A stretch of 64,000 bases of DNA, taken from IMG/VR virus record IMGVR_UViG_3300046524_000328; one strand, given 5' to 3'. The position numbers were made by a program, and so were the translations under genes. This document shows, piece by piece, positions 37,200 through 46,419 of this stretch (its first letter is position 1; each line of letters begins with the position of its first letter). Source of the DNA: an uncultured virus (IMG/VR IMGVR_UViG_3300046524_000328) (Duplodnaviria; Heunggongvirae; Uroviricota; Caudoviricetes). Under the pieces are notes generated by a model that saw nothing but the letters and a program-made list of their open reading frames with translations, ran no database searches and was not told where the DNA came from.

Positions 37200-39856
37200 T
37201 AGCCCACCTTCTTTTTGAACTCAGCGATGAAAAAGTACTTTGCGGCCGTCTTGGCGGATGCGATCAGCGCGGCGAACTCATCATCGCCCGCGTATTGCGT
37301 CGCGAGCGCGGCAAGCCGGTCGGTGACGGCCTTATCGTAGAAGTTCTCGTTTCCGTCGGCGGCCGACTGGACAAACGTCGCGTCAGCGGTGCGCGCGGCG
37401 GCCTGCGCTGCGGCAGCTTCGGCGGCGGCCTGCTCTGCTGCCGCCTGTTCGGCGGCCATGCGGGCAGCTTCCTCTGCGGCAGCCTGTTCATCGGCCGTCG
37501 GCGTGGGATCAGGCAGCGGCTCAGGCAGCGGCAGCGGCGTAGGGCCGGGATTCGGCAGTGGGTCCGGCGAGGGCTCAGGTGTCGGTTCCGGCTGCGGCTC
37601 GCTAAGGAACGCCGTCATTTCGTCAACTGCGGCGTCGACTAGTTCGCCCGGCTTGGCATACGTGCCGACGTCCTCAACTGCGCCGGTTTCCGTCAGGCCG
37701 ATGATCGCCTTGCGCAGCGCATAGGTGCCGTCAGTCTGAACGAACGCGATCAGGGCGAGTTTCACGCCGTCAGCGTTGCTTTCCGACCGCGTCCACACGT
37801 TGTCAGCGCTGTGCACGAATCCGTTTGCTTCGAGCACGTCAGCGCCCGGATAGGTCGGCTTGGCGGCTTCTGCCGTGAATGCGTCGAACTCAGCCTGCGC
37901 GGCAGCAGCGGCCGCCTCTGCCGTCTCGAACACGCCGATTGCCTGGCTCGCGCCAGTGATGCCGGGAAACGTCACCGACTTGACGGCGTTATAGCCGTTG
38001 TCCGCCACGTTGATATTGACCTGCAGCTTTTTGCCATCATCGAGCGTGATCGCGCGCACCCATACGTTCGCATGCACATTCTTGAAACCGGCCGCTTCGA
38101 GCACCGGCTCACCTTGCGCAACGGGTTCCGGCTCGACAACCGGTGCAACGGGCATTCCCTTTGCGGCGAGCGCCTTCAATTCGCCGTAGGTCTTACCTTC
38201 CTTCAGTTGCGACAACAGGCCGCCGATGCTTTCGCTCAGTTCCTGCGCGTCCATCGCGAGGTAGGAGGGCAGGTATTCCGGGTCGGCGAGATTCAGTGCC
38301 ATCGCGGTTTGCGTCGCGCTGTCGGCGGCGAACACTGCGACCGCGCCGTTCTGGCGGTTCTCAGCGATCAGATTGCCTGCGCTGCCGTCCGAAAGGTCGA
38401 TCAGGGCATAGAAGCGGCCTTCGAGCATCGGGCCGTTGTCCAGTACGGAATCGCCCACAAGCGGGCGCGGCGCGTTCATCACGAGCCAGCGGGCCGTATC
38501 GCCGACGTCATCAAAGGGTAGGTCGGCCGAGACGACAGCAGGCAACGAATCGACGTCGACCGGCGCAGCGGGCGTGGGTTCCGGCGTCGGTTCCGGTGTC
38601 GGCTCGATGACCGGCTGCGGCTCTGGCGTCGGATCGGGGACAACGGGCGTCACGCGCTGCTTTTGCTCGACGGTGATTTCCAGTTCGCCGATTTCCTTAT
38701 TGAGGTTTTGCAGCGTCACCACGCCATCGTCATACTGCTTTTGCAGGCCCGCGATGTTCTCCATGCGTTCGGCCCGCTTGGCGTTGGTCTGCGCAAAGCG
38801 CGAACTGTTGCGCGCGGCGAGCGTCATCACGCGCGCGGCGACATTCTGAATGTTGAGGTCGCGGCCTTTTTCCGGCGCGACGACAATCGTGATGTCCTTT
38901 TTGTTGAGCATCCATTTCCACGAAACGACCTCATCCGTCGCGACGATCTTTTTCGGCGTGACGTCCGGATTGTGAAAAAAGATCGTGACCGTCTGGCCGT
39001 CGCTCAGTTCGAACACGGATGCGACGTTGGTCGTACCGCGCTGCGTGAAAGGTTCCGTGACCTGCACCGACAGCACCTTGATATCGCCGCCCTTGCGGTC
39101 CATCACCTTGCGCAGGATTTCCATGCGCTGCGGCAGCTTCGCGAACGGGATCACGAGCGCATCGAGCGTCACCACGCCGTCAGCATCGCCCATGATATCG
39201 GCGATGGTCACCGGGTCGAAAATGAGCCCGTCCGCGCCATCGTTCGCGCGAATGTCGTACAGCACCTGCGCGAGGGTTTTGCCGACGGGCATATTCGCGC
39301 TATCCCAAAGCACCTTTTGCATGGGGTTCCTTTCCTCTTGAGGGAGTTGATCTTGCGTAAGCGGGATGGACATATCGCCGTTGGTCATCCACCAACGTAA
39401 TTGCGGAATCGAGCAAGGCACACAGCTTTGCAGGCCCGGCCAGCCCGCATTGAAGTTGCTCAGATAGCCCGCTTCAGCCGTGCGCTGATCGGGAAAGCCG
39501 AGCATCACCTTGTGCTCATCGAACGCGCCACGCACGTTCTGATTGACGACGTAGGCCGCTGCGGATTCCGGGTACGGGCCGACGTAGCAATCCAGTTCAT
39601 CGCCGTCCGCGCCGGTGACGCCTTCGACGTAGCCGTAATGGAACTTCATGAGGTTCGCGCCGCTCGTGCCGTCGGCGGCACGCCACTCGCGCAGCGAGCC
39701 GCGAGGGTTCTCGATCACAACGGGGATGCCCGCGACGGCGGCGCGGCCCTTTTTGTAGTTCCCGGCGTCCTGCTGCGCGACGGACGGCAGCGGGCGGCTG
39801 TTGTGCCCGAATGCGCTGTCGTGCGCGGCTTGCTCGATGTGCGAATAGGTGTCCAT
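37199..39856 (-). CDS. darA: DarA-like protein with an N-terminal polyvalent-protein inorganic pyrophosphatase-like domain
   Basis: GNYKKG, HYGY, GADGDELDCYVG and FDEHKVMLGF; then FELSDGQTVTIFFHNP..WMLNKKDIT..VAPE. Confidence 0.75.
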   Translation of the reverse strand: MDTYSHIEQAAHDSAFGHNSRPLPSVAQQDAGNYKKGRAAVAGIPVVIENPRGSLREWRAADGTSGANLMKFHYGYVEGVTGADGDELDCYVGPYPESAAAYVVNQNVRGAFDEHKVMLGFPDQRTAEAGYLSNFNAGWPGLQSCVPCSIPQLRWWMTNGDMSIPLTQDQLPQEERNPMQKVLWDSANMPVGKTLAQVLYDIRANDGADGLIFDPVTIADIMGDADGVVTLDALVIPFAKLPQRMEILRKVMDRKGGDIKVLSVQVTEPFTQRGTTNVASVFELSDGQTVTIFFHNPDVTPKKIVATDEVVSWKWMLNKKDITIVVAPEKGRDLNIQNVAARVMTLAARNSSRFAQTNAKRAERMENIAGLQKQYDDGVVTLQNLNKEIGELEITVEQKQRVTPVVPDPTPEPQPVIEPTPEPTPEPTPAAPVDVDSLPAVVSADLPFDDVGDTARWLVMNAPRPLVGDSVLDNGPMLEGRFYALIDLSDGSAGNLIAENRQNGAVAVFAADSATQTAMALNLADPEYLPSYLAMDAQELSESIGGLLSQLKEGKTYGELKALAAKGMPVAPVVEPEPVAQGEPVLEAAGFKNVHANVWVRAITLDDGKKLQVNINVADNGYNAVKSVTFPGITGASQAIGVFETAEAAAAAAQAEFDAFTAEAAKPTYPGADVLEANGFVHSADNVWTRSESNADGVKLALIAFVQTDGTYALRKAIIGLTETGAVEDVGTYAKPGELVDAAVDEMTAFLSEPQPEPTPEPSPDPLPNPGPTPLPLPEPLPDPTPTADEQAAAEEAARMAAEQAAAEQAAAEAAAAQAAARTADATFVQSAADGNENFYDKAVTDRLAALATQYAGDDEFAALIASAKTAAKYFFIAEFKKKVG

Positions 39857-39862
39857 TGAGCC

Positions 39863-39905
39863 ATTCTCGGGTCGCGCGCGCGCGCGAGCGGCGGCACTTT
39901 TCCTA
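39863..39905 (-). promoter_or_regulatory. candidate late promoter TAGGAAAA-N29-GAGAAT (darA, leaderless)
   Basis: The -10 lies 6 nt before the ATG. Confidence 0.75.
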
Positions 39906-39914
39906 CGGAATCCG

Positions 39915-39951
39915 TTGCATGTTCAAACGTGACAACATACAATTGAGGCTC
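39915..39951 (+). promoter_or_regulatory. early sigma70 promoter TTGCAT-17-TACAAT with operator motif
   Basis: GTGACAACATACAATTGAGGCTC. Confidence 0.8.
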
Positions 39952-39972
39952 AATCACACAACGGGGTGACCC

Positions 39973-40311
39973 ATGAAACTGAAACTCACGAAGAAACTGC
40001 AATCGCTCATCCTGCCGACGGAAGGCGAGGCGGCCGGTACGGTGCCGTTCGATGGCGCGGAACTGATTCAGGTGGTCATTCGCGGCAAGTGGGCGGCGGG
40101 CGGTATCGCGAAAGACGGCTCGATCAGCGTCGAACTGGGCGATGCCGACGTCGAACGCCTGCGCGGCCATGCAACGGCGCGCCTTGCAGTGCTTGAGGTG
40201 TCGCTCGCGGCGTGCACGACGGACGAAGAACGCAAGCCGTTTTTCGGCGAAAACAGTGCTTGGCGCGGCCTCATGCGCCAGCTTGAGCCGGTTGCAGGAT
40301 TCGCGGCATAA
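39973..40311 (+). CDS. hypothetical early protein
   Basis: GGGGTG SD after the promoter. Confidence 0.6.
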   Translation: MKLKLTKKLQSLILPTEGEAAGTVPFDGAELIQVVIRGKWAAGGIAKDGSISVELGDADVERLRGHATARLAVLEVSLAACTTDEERKPFFGENSAWRGLMRQLEPVAGFAA

Positions 40312-40315
40312 GCGC

Positions 40316-40352
40316 TTGCACTGGATAACGTGACAACATACAATCAAGTCTC
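40316..40352 (+). promoter_or_regulatory. early sigma70 promoter TTGCAC-17-TACAAT with operator motif
   Basis: GTGACAACATACAATCAAGTCTC. Confidence 0.8.
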
Positions 40353-40370
40353 ACCCGACAGGAGCGCGGC

Positions 40371-40931
40371 ATGTTTCAACTGAAATCGAACGCACCGGAA
40401 GTCAAGTGGATCATCCACCATGCGGCAATCGACGATTTCGCGCGCTCTCTCGACAAGCGACTGCGCGAGACGGGTGACTTGACTGACCCGATGATTCAGG
40501 CGGTCGCGCGCATTCTCGCGCGCAATGCGTCAGCCGTGGCGGTCGATGCCGCTGGCGTTGATCGCATCGTGACGGCGTTTAACAACGCGGCTGAAAGCGG
40601 CCTGAAGTACCCGCGCATGTTCCTGGCTGATTTCACGTTCGCGCTCGCGATGAGCGGTCGCAACAAGGGCGCGATTTGGGTCACGGCAGGCAACCAGAAG
40701 CGCGGCGGCCGTTACCTTGGCAAGGTTGCCGACGGCAAATTCGTTGCGAGCGACGCATGTACGACGGCAGAGCGCGCCAAGGTGCTCGACGTCTGCGCCG
40801 ACCCGAAACAGGCCGCTGAAGCGTTCGGCAAGGAAACCGGCCGCTGCGCGTGCTGCGGGCTCGAACTGACGAACGAGGAAAGCATCGCGCTTTCCATCGG
40901 CCCGATCTGCCGCAAGCGCTTCGGATTTTGA
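40371..40931 (+). CDS. DUF6011-like Zn-finger protein
   Basis: GRCACCGLELTNEESIALSIGPIC; AGGAG SD. Confidence 0.75.
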   Translation: MFQLKSNAPEVKWIIHHAAIDDFARSLDKRLRETGDLTDPMIQAVARILARNASAVAVDAAGVDRIVTAFNNAAESGLKYPRMFLADFTFALAMSGRNKGAIWVTAGNQKRGGRYLGKVADGKFVASDACTTAERAKVLDVCADPKQAAEAFGKETGRCACCGLELTNEESIALSIGPICRKRFGF

Positions 40932-40943
40932 GAGGGAGAGGGA

Positions 40944-41147
40944 ATGCCCCGCAAGGCTAACGCGCTATCCATCGTGAAGCGCCACACAACGATGCTCGCC
41001 GCCGCGCAGGCGGCAAAGAGCACAACAACCGTATGCGTGCGCCCGGCGCGCGTGGAACCCCGGTTCCGCACCGTGCTCGCGCCGAATGCGAACTGGCCGG
41101 GCATCGTCCCGCGCATTGACATGCTGTTGACGGGAGGCGACAAGTGA
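40944..41147 (+). CDS. hypothetical protein
   Basis: GGAG SD; GTGA-coupled to the next gene. Confidence 0.45.
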   Translation: MPRKANALSIVKRHTTMLAAAQAAKSTTTVCVRPARVEPRFRTVLAPNANWPGIVPRIDMLLTGGDK

Positions 41148-41467
41148 GCGACACAGAAAACGGTTTGGTGCTTCTCGATGACGGCGAGTATTTCGTGCAG
41201 CACAACGTCAACTATCCGCCGACGGCGGGTAACGGCTTTCTGATGCGCCGTTGCGCGGTGTCGATGACGTCGCCGGAAGGCGCGGAATGCGTGGGCGGCT
41301 ATGACCTGAAAGTGGATGGCAAGTGGCGCGCGGATATTCACACGCACCACGATCCAGAAACCGATAGCGACTGCCGCACATTGGGCAAATTCGAGAGCCG
41401 CAACGAAGCGCTTCACGCGCTCTGGACACACAGACGCGAGGCGCTTACGCGTCACCCGCGTTACTAA
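41144..41467 (+). CDS. hypothetical protein
   Basis: GGAGG SD; followed by a hairpin and T tract (41477-41498). Confidence 0.55.
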   Translation: MSDTENGLVLLDDGEYFVQHNVNYPPTAGNGFLMRRCAVSMTSPEGAECVGGYDLKVDGKWRADIHTHHDPETDSDCRTLGKFESRNEALHALWTHRREALTRHPRY

Positions 41468-41508
41468 GATCACGGTCCCGCCCTCGCGCGGGATTTTTCG
41501 CATGGAGC

Positions 41509-41880
41509 ATGCTAATGGACAAGCATTTTCAAAGCATCGAGCGCGAGCTTAATCTCGCGATGGATGCCGTAGAGGCGGGCGAGGCTGATCGGGAGACGTT
41601 GCTCGAACGGCTCGAAATGCTGCTCAACAACGTAAAGGGCAAGCGCTTCGCGACCGGTCACGCGATCTTTGGCAAGCAGTTCAAGCCGGGCGGCGAGCCC
41701 GCGAAAGAACTGGAGGGCGTCGAGCCGCCGCCGCGCGAGTTCGAGCGCGGTGACCTCGTGCGCACGAAAGACGGGTATCTGGCCTATGTCGGCTATTACG
41801 ATCAGCATGGCAAAGTAGTGGCGAACGTCGTGTATCAGGCGGTCGATTTCAACGAGAGTGATTTACAGGCAGCGGAATGA
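41509..41880 (+). CDS. hypothetical protein with an SH3/KOW-like C-terminus
   Basis: FERGDLVRTKDG. Confidence 0.55.
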   Translation: MLMDKHFQSIERELNLAMDAVEAGEADRETLLERLEMLLNNVKGKRFATGHAIFGKQFKPGGEPAKELEGVEPPPREFERGDLVRTKDGYLAYVGYYDQHGKVVANVVYQAVDFNESDLQAAE

Positions 41881-42101
41881 TCCGAAAACTGATTAACGAT
41901 GCACCGATGAGCCCGAAAGAGCGGCGCGCCAAGTCCAACGCGGATAAGATCGCGCGCGGCGAACGCCTGCTGCATACATGGCTCATTCCTGAGGCGGCGC
42001 AAGCGCTCGACAATATCACCGGTCCTGAGGGATCGCGCGGCGCGATTGCGCAGGCGGTCAATGAAGCACTCATCGCGTATGCGCGGAGGAAGCGTGTTTA
42101 A
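41877..42101 (+). CDS. small RHH-like DNA-binding protein
   Basis: Basic N-terminus; LHTWLIPEAAQAL...AVNEALI. Confidence 0.5.
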   Translation: MIRKLINDAPMSPKERRAKSNADKIARGERLLHTWLIPEAAQALDNITGPEGSRGAIAQAVNEALIAYARRKRV

Positions 42102-42426
42102 GTTCGATGCGGGTGTGATTTCGACGGCCGCAACGACGGCCGCATTCAAAACCCCTGCGATCACGCTGGAGATTTTTCAGGAAACGATGAAGCAGGTTGA
42201 GGAATTGCTCGACAACGAGGCCAAAGCGTTTAATGACGCGGTCAAGGTGCATGGCTTCGACCTCGATGCGGGCGACACGATCATTGTGCCGCCCGGAACC
42301 GATATCAGCGGTGTGCCCGAACGCTATCGGGATCGGGTGCGCGCGAGCCCGTTCGCCGACCGCGCCTATCTGCTGCGCAATCCGTTCTACGGACTCAGCA
42401 TTACTGACCGCTATCCCAAGGCGTAG
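42094..42426 (+). CDS. hypothetical protein
   Basis: GGAGG SD before a GTG start. Confidence 0.5.
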   Translation: MFKFDAGVISTAATTAAFKTPAITLEIFQETMKQVEELLDNEAKAFNDAVKVHGFDLDAGDTIIVPPGTDISGVPERYRDRVRASPFADRAYLLRNPFYGLSITDRYPKA

Positions 42427-42904
42427 TGTCCGACAGTTCATCGCGCGGCGCGAGAATCCACTTTTTCGCGTAGGGCGCGATGCCGACCGCGCTTATCATT
42501 CCCACCACTTCATACGCGATGACCACACCCCCGCCTGGCATCGCGGCGATGAGGTCGTACTTTTTCACCTGAAAACCCGGTACGTCGACGGGCTCAACGA
42601 GCGCTTCGAGCAACTGGGTATCGGGCGCGAGCGCGTCGCCCCGGTCGGTGAGGTCGAGCGTCCCCTCAAAGCGGCTTGTAATCAGCAGCTTGCCCTCGCC
42701 AAGCGGCTGATACTCGAACTCCGGTTCGTCCTCAGGCGTGAGCACGCCGAGCCCGCCAATGGTCGGCAGACCGCCCTCAGTCGTGCCGTCATCGGCGACG
42801 CGCGAAATGACCTTGCGATAGAGCGCACAGTCGAGCGAATTGGGATGCTTGAGCGTGACCGTGCGCGCCGCGTGATTGATCGCAACCGGGATCGAATTAA
42901 TCAT
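42401..42904 (-). CDS. virion morphogenesis protein (head closure-like)
   Basis: Last gene of the tail-fibre late operon. Confidence 0.5.
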   Translation of the reverse strand: MINSIPVAINHAARTVTLKHPNSLDCALYRKVISRVADDGTTEGGLPTIGGLGVLTPEDEPEFEYQPLGEGKLLITSRFEGTLDLTDRGDALAPDTQLLEALVEPVDVPGFQVKKYDLIAAMPGGGVVIAYEVVGMISAVGIAPYAKKWILAPRDELSDTTPWDSGQ

Positions 42905-43941
42905 TTCGCGTTCTTCATGATTTCGTTGAACTGTTCCTGCGTGATCGCGCCGAGCGCGAGCAGGTTGTGCGCGCTACGCTCGATCTTCTTTGCGGCGGCC
43001 GACGGCTTTTTCGCGTCCACCTTGGCCTTTTCGACGGCGGCTTTCTTCATCGACTCGCGCGCGCGGCGCGCGGCGTTCGCGGCCTGCTTTTGTGCCGTCG
43101 TCTTGAGGTTGGTGCTCGACTTGCGCTTGGCGTGCTGTTCTGCCGCGTGTGTGCGCGCGTCAGCGGCCTTGGTGCGCTCAGTCTTGAGCTTTGTGCCATC
43201 GAGCGCGGCGCGGGCCTTGATGACCTGCTGCGCGATTTTTAGCTGCGTGTTCGCGTCTTTCAGAATGACGTGCATCGTGCGCAATACGTGCTTGCACGCG
43301 ACGCCATGCAGTTTCGGGTTGCGGATTTTCGGGTAACCCGTTTCCGCGCGCCCATAGTTGTACTTGCCGATGGTCGCGATGTAGCGGAACCAGTAGCGGT
43401 GACGGCCGCAATCGCAATCGAACTTCAGCCGTCCATTCGCAACCGTCTTGCCGATCTTTTTCTGATCGTTCGGCGACGCGCCCACGGCTGCATCGAAGTC
43501 CATAAACTCGACGTGCACATGGTGGCGCGTGACGTCCGAATCAGGCCCGGCGTTCGTGATGAAGTGAAACAACGGGCCGCGTATCGAGACGGGCACCGCG
43601 ACGCGGATTTCCTTGTTCGCGCGCTGCTTGTCCGCGTCCAGCGCGAGGTCGATCACGCCTTGCGCGGTGATGCCGCCGACGAACTTCTTTTTGAGGTTCG
43701 TGACATTCGACTGGAACGCGCGCAGGTCTTTCTGCGTGATCGGGCGCAGCGCGCCGCGCAGCGACGTTTGCAGCAGCCGCCCGCCGTCATACTCGCCCGA
43801 CACCTCATTCGGGTTGAGAATGGTCGACGCGGCTTGCCGCTGTTCGAGGTCAGCCTGCGCGTTGCGTTGGGCTTCACCGCGCGCCGACGGCAGGCGCGCG
43901 GTTGCCCGGTTAATCAAGTGCTGAATATGCTCGTTCTTCAT
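42901..43941 (-). CDS. SWIM Zn-finger morphogenesis protein (P1 gp7-like)
   Basis: FDCDCGRHRYWFRYIAT..PKIRNP..VACKH. Confidence 0.65.
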   Translation of the reverse strand: MKNEHIQHLINRATARLPSARGEAQRNAQADLEQRQAASTILNPNEVSGEYDGGRLLQTSLRGALRPITQKDLRAFQSNVTNLKKKFVGGITAQGVIDLALDADKQRANKEIRVAVPVSIRGPLFHFITNAGPDSDVTRHHVHVEFMDFDAAVGASPNDQKKIGKTVANGRLKFDCDCGRHRYWFRYIATIGKYNYGRAETGYPKIRNPKLHGVACKHVLRTMHVILKDANTQLKIAQQVIKARAALDGTKLKTERTKAADARTHAAEQHAKRKSSTNLKTTAQKQAANAARRARESMKKAAVEKAKVDAKKPSAAAKKIERSAHNLLALGAITQEQFNEIMKNAK

Positions 43942-44230
43942 TGTCAGTCAGATAGCCCGTCTGGCGCTTGATGATCTGCAACTGCGAGTAGTTCGGCAGC
44001 ACAAGCGCCTGTTCGGGCAGTTCCTGTTCGAGCGTATCGAGCCCGGCCGCCGCGAAGATCACCATGTATTGCGCACGGTCACCGTAGACGCGGCGCGCCG
44101 CCAGCGTGATATCGAAACGCTCATCGGGCAGCGTCTGGTAGCGGATCGCGGTCGACCAGTCCGGCGTTTGCACGGCGAACCGGCGAACCGCCCGCACGAA
44201 TGCGGCCGTCGATACGGGCGTGATTGCCAT
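43910..44230 (-). CDS. baseplate wedge / LysM-like protein
   Basis: DITLAARRVYGD...IFAAAGL...LVLP. Confidence 0.6.
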   Translation of the reverse strand: MAITPVSTAAFVRAVRRFAVQTPDWSTAIRYQTLPDERFDITLAARRVYGDRAQYMVIFAAAGLDTLEQELPEQALVLPNYSQLQIIKRQTGYLTDNEERAYSALD

Positions 44231-44889
44231 TACGAGGCTTGTGCGGTATCAGTTGCGCCAGCGGCCTGTGTCTGCTGCGCTGCCTTCGCCGCCAGTTCAG
44301 CCAACACCTGCGCCTCGACGGCATCTGCATCCGGCTTGGCGGGCCATTGCAGGTTGGCGGGGAAGTCGGCCGCGTTCACGACGTTGGCGAGCGCCAACTG
44401 ATAGGCGGCCCACGCCTTGAACATGCCGACTTCGAGCGGCGTAAGCAGGTCGGCGGCGTAAGCATCGTTTTTGCCCGCGTTCGCCGTGCGCGCCTCGCTC
44501 ATGAGCGTGTCAAATTCCGCCATCGCATCGGCCTTCGCCTTGGCAGCGACGGCGGCCGGGTCGATCACCCATGCGCCGTTTTCCCAAATGTACTGATCGG
44601 ACGGGCGCGGCGTCGCTGTGAGCCCGGCGTCTTCGATGCTAATGCCCGGCATGAGGATTTCAGCGGCCTCGCCGGTGTCGGTGCGATACAGCATCTGGCC
44701 GCGAAAGTCCGGCTTGATGACCCATGCGCCGCCGATGAAGAACGGCCATTCGTTGCGCTGCCGGTCGGGCAGTGCAACGTCCGTCGTGAATGCGGGCAAA
44801 AGCCAGCGGTCCTGATTGAGCGGGTCCGGGTCGGCCAGGCGGCTGCTGATGTATTCGCCCGTCGCATTGTTGTATTGATGGATAAGCAT
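44230..44889 (-). CDS. tail fibre assembly chaperone
   Basis: YNNATGEY, LPAFTT, PDFRG and AWAAY..WPAKP. Confidence 0.85.
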   Translation of the reverse strand: MLIHQYNNATGEYISSRLADPDPLNQDRWLLPAFTTDVALPDRQRNEWPFFIGGAWVIKPDFRGQMLYRTDTGEAAEILMPGISIEDAGLTATPRPSDQYIWENGAWVIDPAAVAAKAKADAMAEFDTLMSEARTANAGKNDAYAADLLTPLEVGMFKAWAAYQLALANVVNAADFPANLQWPAKPDADAVEAQVLAELAAKAAQQTQAAGATDTAQAS

Positions 44890-44903
44890 GGGGATAACCT
44901 CGT

Positions 44904-46349
44904 TTAGTAAGCGCGAATCATCGCGAGCATTGCGACCGAGCGCACGCGCACTTCAGTGCCGCCTGCCGCCCCGATGGTGATGGTGTGAGAGTGCCCGCCT
45001 GCAGCGCCCACGCCGACGTTGTGGCCGTGCGTGCCTTGAGTGTCCGTCCACGGCCAAACAGGGGTGTCGATGGAGAAGCCGCTGCTCACGGAACCCCGGT
45101 CGGTGTCGCCGACACTCTGCGGAACCTGTTGCGAAAAGTTGTGGCCGTGCGCGCCTTGACCGTCCGTCCATGCGCTATGCGCATGATCGCCGACGGCGGC
45201 GGCCGACGCGGCATGAATATGCGAGAGGTTCTGGCCGTCCTGCCACGTACCGATGCCGCGCGAGGTGTCGACCCCCCGGCTGTCATCCCAACACCGGATC
45301 GACTCGCCGCGCACCTCAGGAATGCGGAACGTGGTTGCGTTGTCGCCCGACGAAAAACAGCCAAAACTGTTGGCCGACCATTGCGCTTCCGTCACGAGCG
45401 CGCCGCTCGACTGCGCATACGCCCAAAGCGCGGGATAGTCTGCGCGATTGAGCAGGGCACCATTGAGCTTCAGATAGCCCGCGCGCGCCGACGTGCGCGG
45501 CTCCCACGCGATCTGGCCGACCAGTGCCGTGCTGATCGCGGCCGTGACAAACTCAGTCGTCGCAAGCTGCTTGGTGGACGTCCCGGCCGCCGCCGTCGGG
45601 GCTTGCGGCACGCCGCTGAATACGGGGCTTGCGAGCAGGGCAATGCCGCCCTTGTCGACGTTGTCGATGCTCACCTTCAGAGCGCCGCTGCCGTCGCTGG
45701 CAAGGCCGATTGCGATCTTGTTCGCACCTTGCCCAGTCACGCCGCCTTGCTGGACCGGCGTAAAGCCGAGCAGCGGCTGTTTCGTGACGACAACGGCCGT
45801 CAGCGCGGCAACGTCGGCATCCGTCGCATACTGCGGGTGCGGGTCGGGCTCTGCCTTGTGCTGGAGGATCAGCGCGGCCATGCCCTGAGGGTCGGTTGCG
45901 ACCGTGACGGTCACAGAGTTCTGAGGGAATGCCGACGTGTCGAGCGTGTACGCGAACGGGATATCGAAGCCCGCCGACTTCACGAACAGCGCCGAGTCGG
46001 CGCGACTCCACACGGCCCAAAGCGTGTTACCGGCATAGAAGCCGATTTCGCCGATGGATTTTCCGTTGGGGCTCTTGCCGTTCGGGTCCGTGTCGGTGAT
46101 GGTCGTGCCGATCTGGATCGACGTCGCATTGGGGTTCGTGCCGCTCGAAATCGCATAGCGCGCAATTTCATTCTTGAGCGCGACCATCGAGCGCGCAGCC
46201 GTGTCGTCGGCGTCGCCCGTACCGCCGAGCGAGTAGAGTCCAAGGCCGATAGCGATATGCGTCAACTGCACCGAAAAGCCGGTCGCATCCCCGGTCGGCA
46301 TGAGAGCCAGACCGGCGTTGGTGATTTTGGGGTTGAGGGTAACTGTCAC
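44904..46349 (-). CDS. tail fibre protein with collar domain
   Basis: ITNAGLA N-terminus, DPHPQY, collar GYLKLNGA..YPALW..FRIPEVRGE and HxH repeats. Confidence 0.9.
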   Translation of the reverse strand: MTVTLNPKITNAGLALMPTGDATGFSVQLTHIAIGLGLYSLGGTGDADDTAARSMVALKNEIARYAISSGTNPNATSIQIGTTITDTDPNGKSPNGKSIGEIGFYAGNTLWAVWSRADSALFVKSAGFDIPFAYTLDTSAFPQNSVTVTVATDPQGMAALILQHKAEPDPHPQYATDADVAALTAVVVTKQPLLGFTPVQQGGVTGQGANKIAIGLASDGSGALKVSIDNVDKGGIALLASPVFSGVPQAPTAAAGTSTKQLATTEFVTAAISTALVGQIAWEPRTSARAGYLKLNGALLNRADYPALWAYAQSSGALVTEAQWSANSFGCFSSGDNATTFRIPEVRGESIRCWDDSRGVDTSRGIGTWQDGQNLSHIHAASAAAVGDHAHSAWTDGQGAHGHNFSQQVPQSVGDTDRGSVSSGFSIDTPVWPWTDTQGTHGHNVGVGAAGGHSHTITIGAAGGTEVRVRSVAMLAMIRAY

Positions 46350-46374
46350 TGGTGACCTCAGAATGGATGCTCCG

Positions 46375-46417
46375 ATTCTCAGGTCACCTCACGCGCGCGG
46401 CGGCGCGCGTTTTCCTA
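46375..46417 (-). promoter_or_regulatory. candidate late promoter TAGGAAAA-N29-GAGAAT (tail fibre)
   Basis: Family member with exact spacing. Confidence 0.75.
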
Positions 46418-46419
46418 CG

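Noticed and set aside
39873..39886. (CG)7 run as a Z-DNA element
   Set aside because: It is a single short run in a GC-rich promoter spacer and is not conserved across the other spacers.
44230..46349. Invertible tail-fibre segment or DGR
   Set aside because: No invertase, cix-like repeats, duplicate fibre ends, reverse transcriptase or TR/VR pair was seen.
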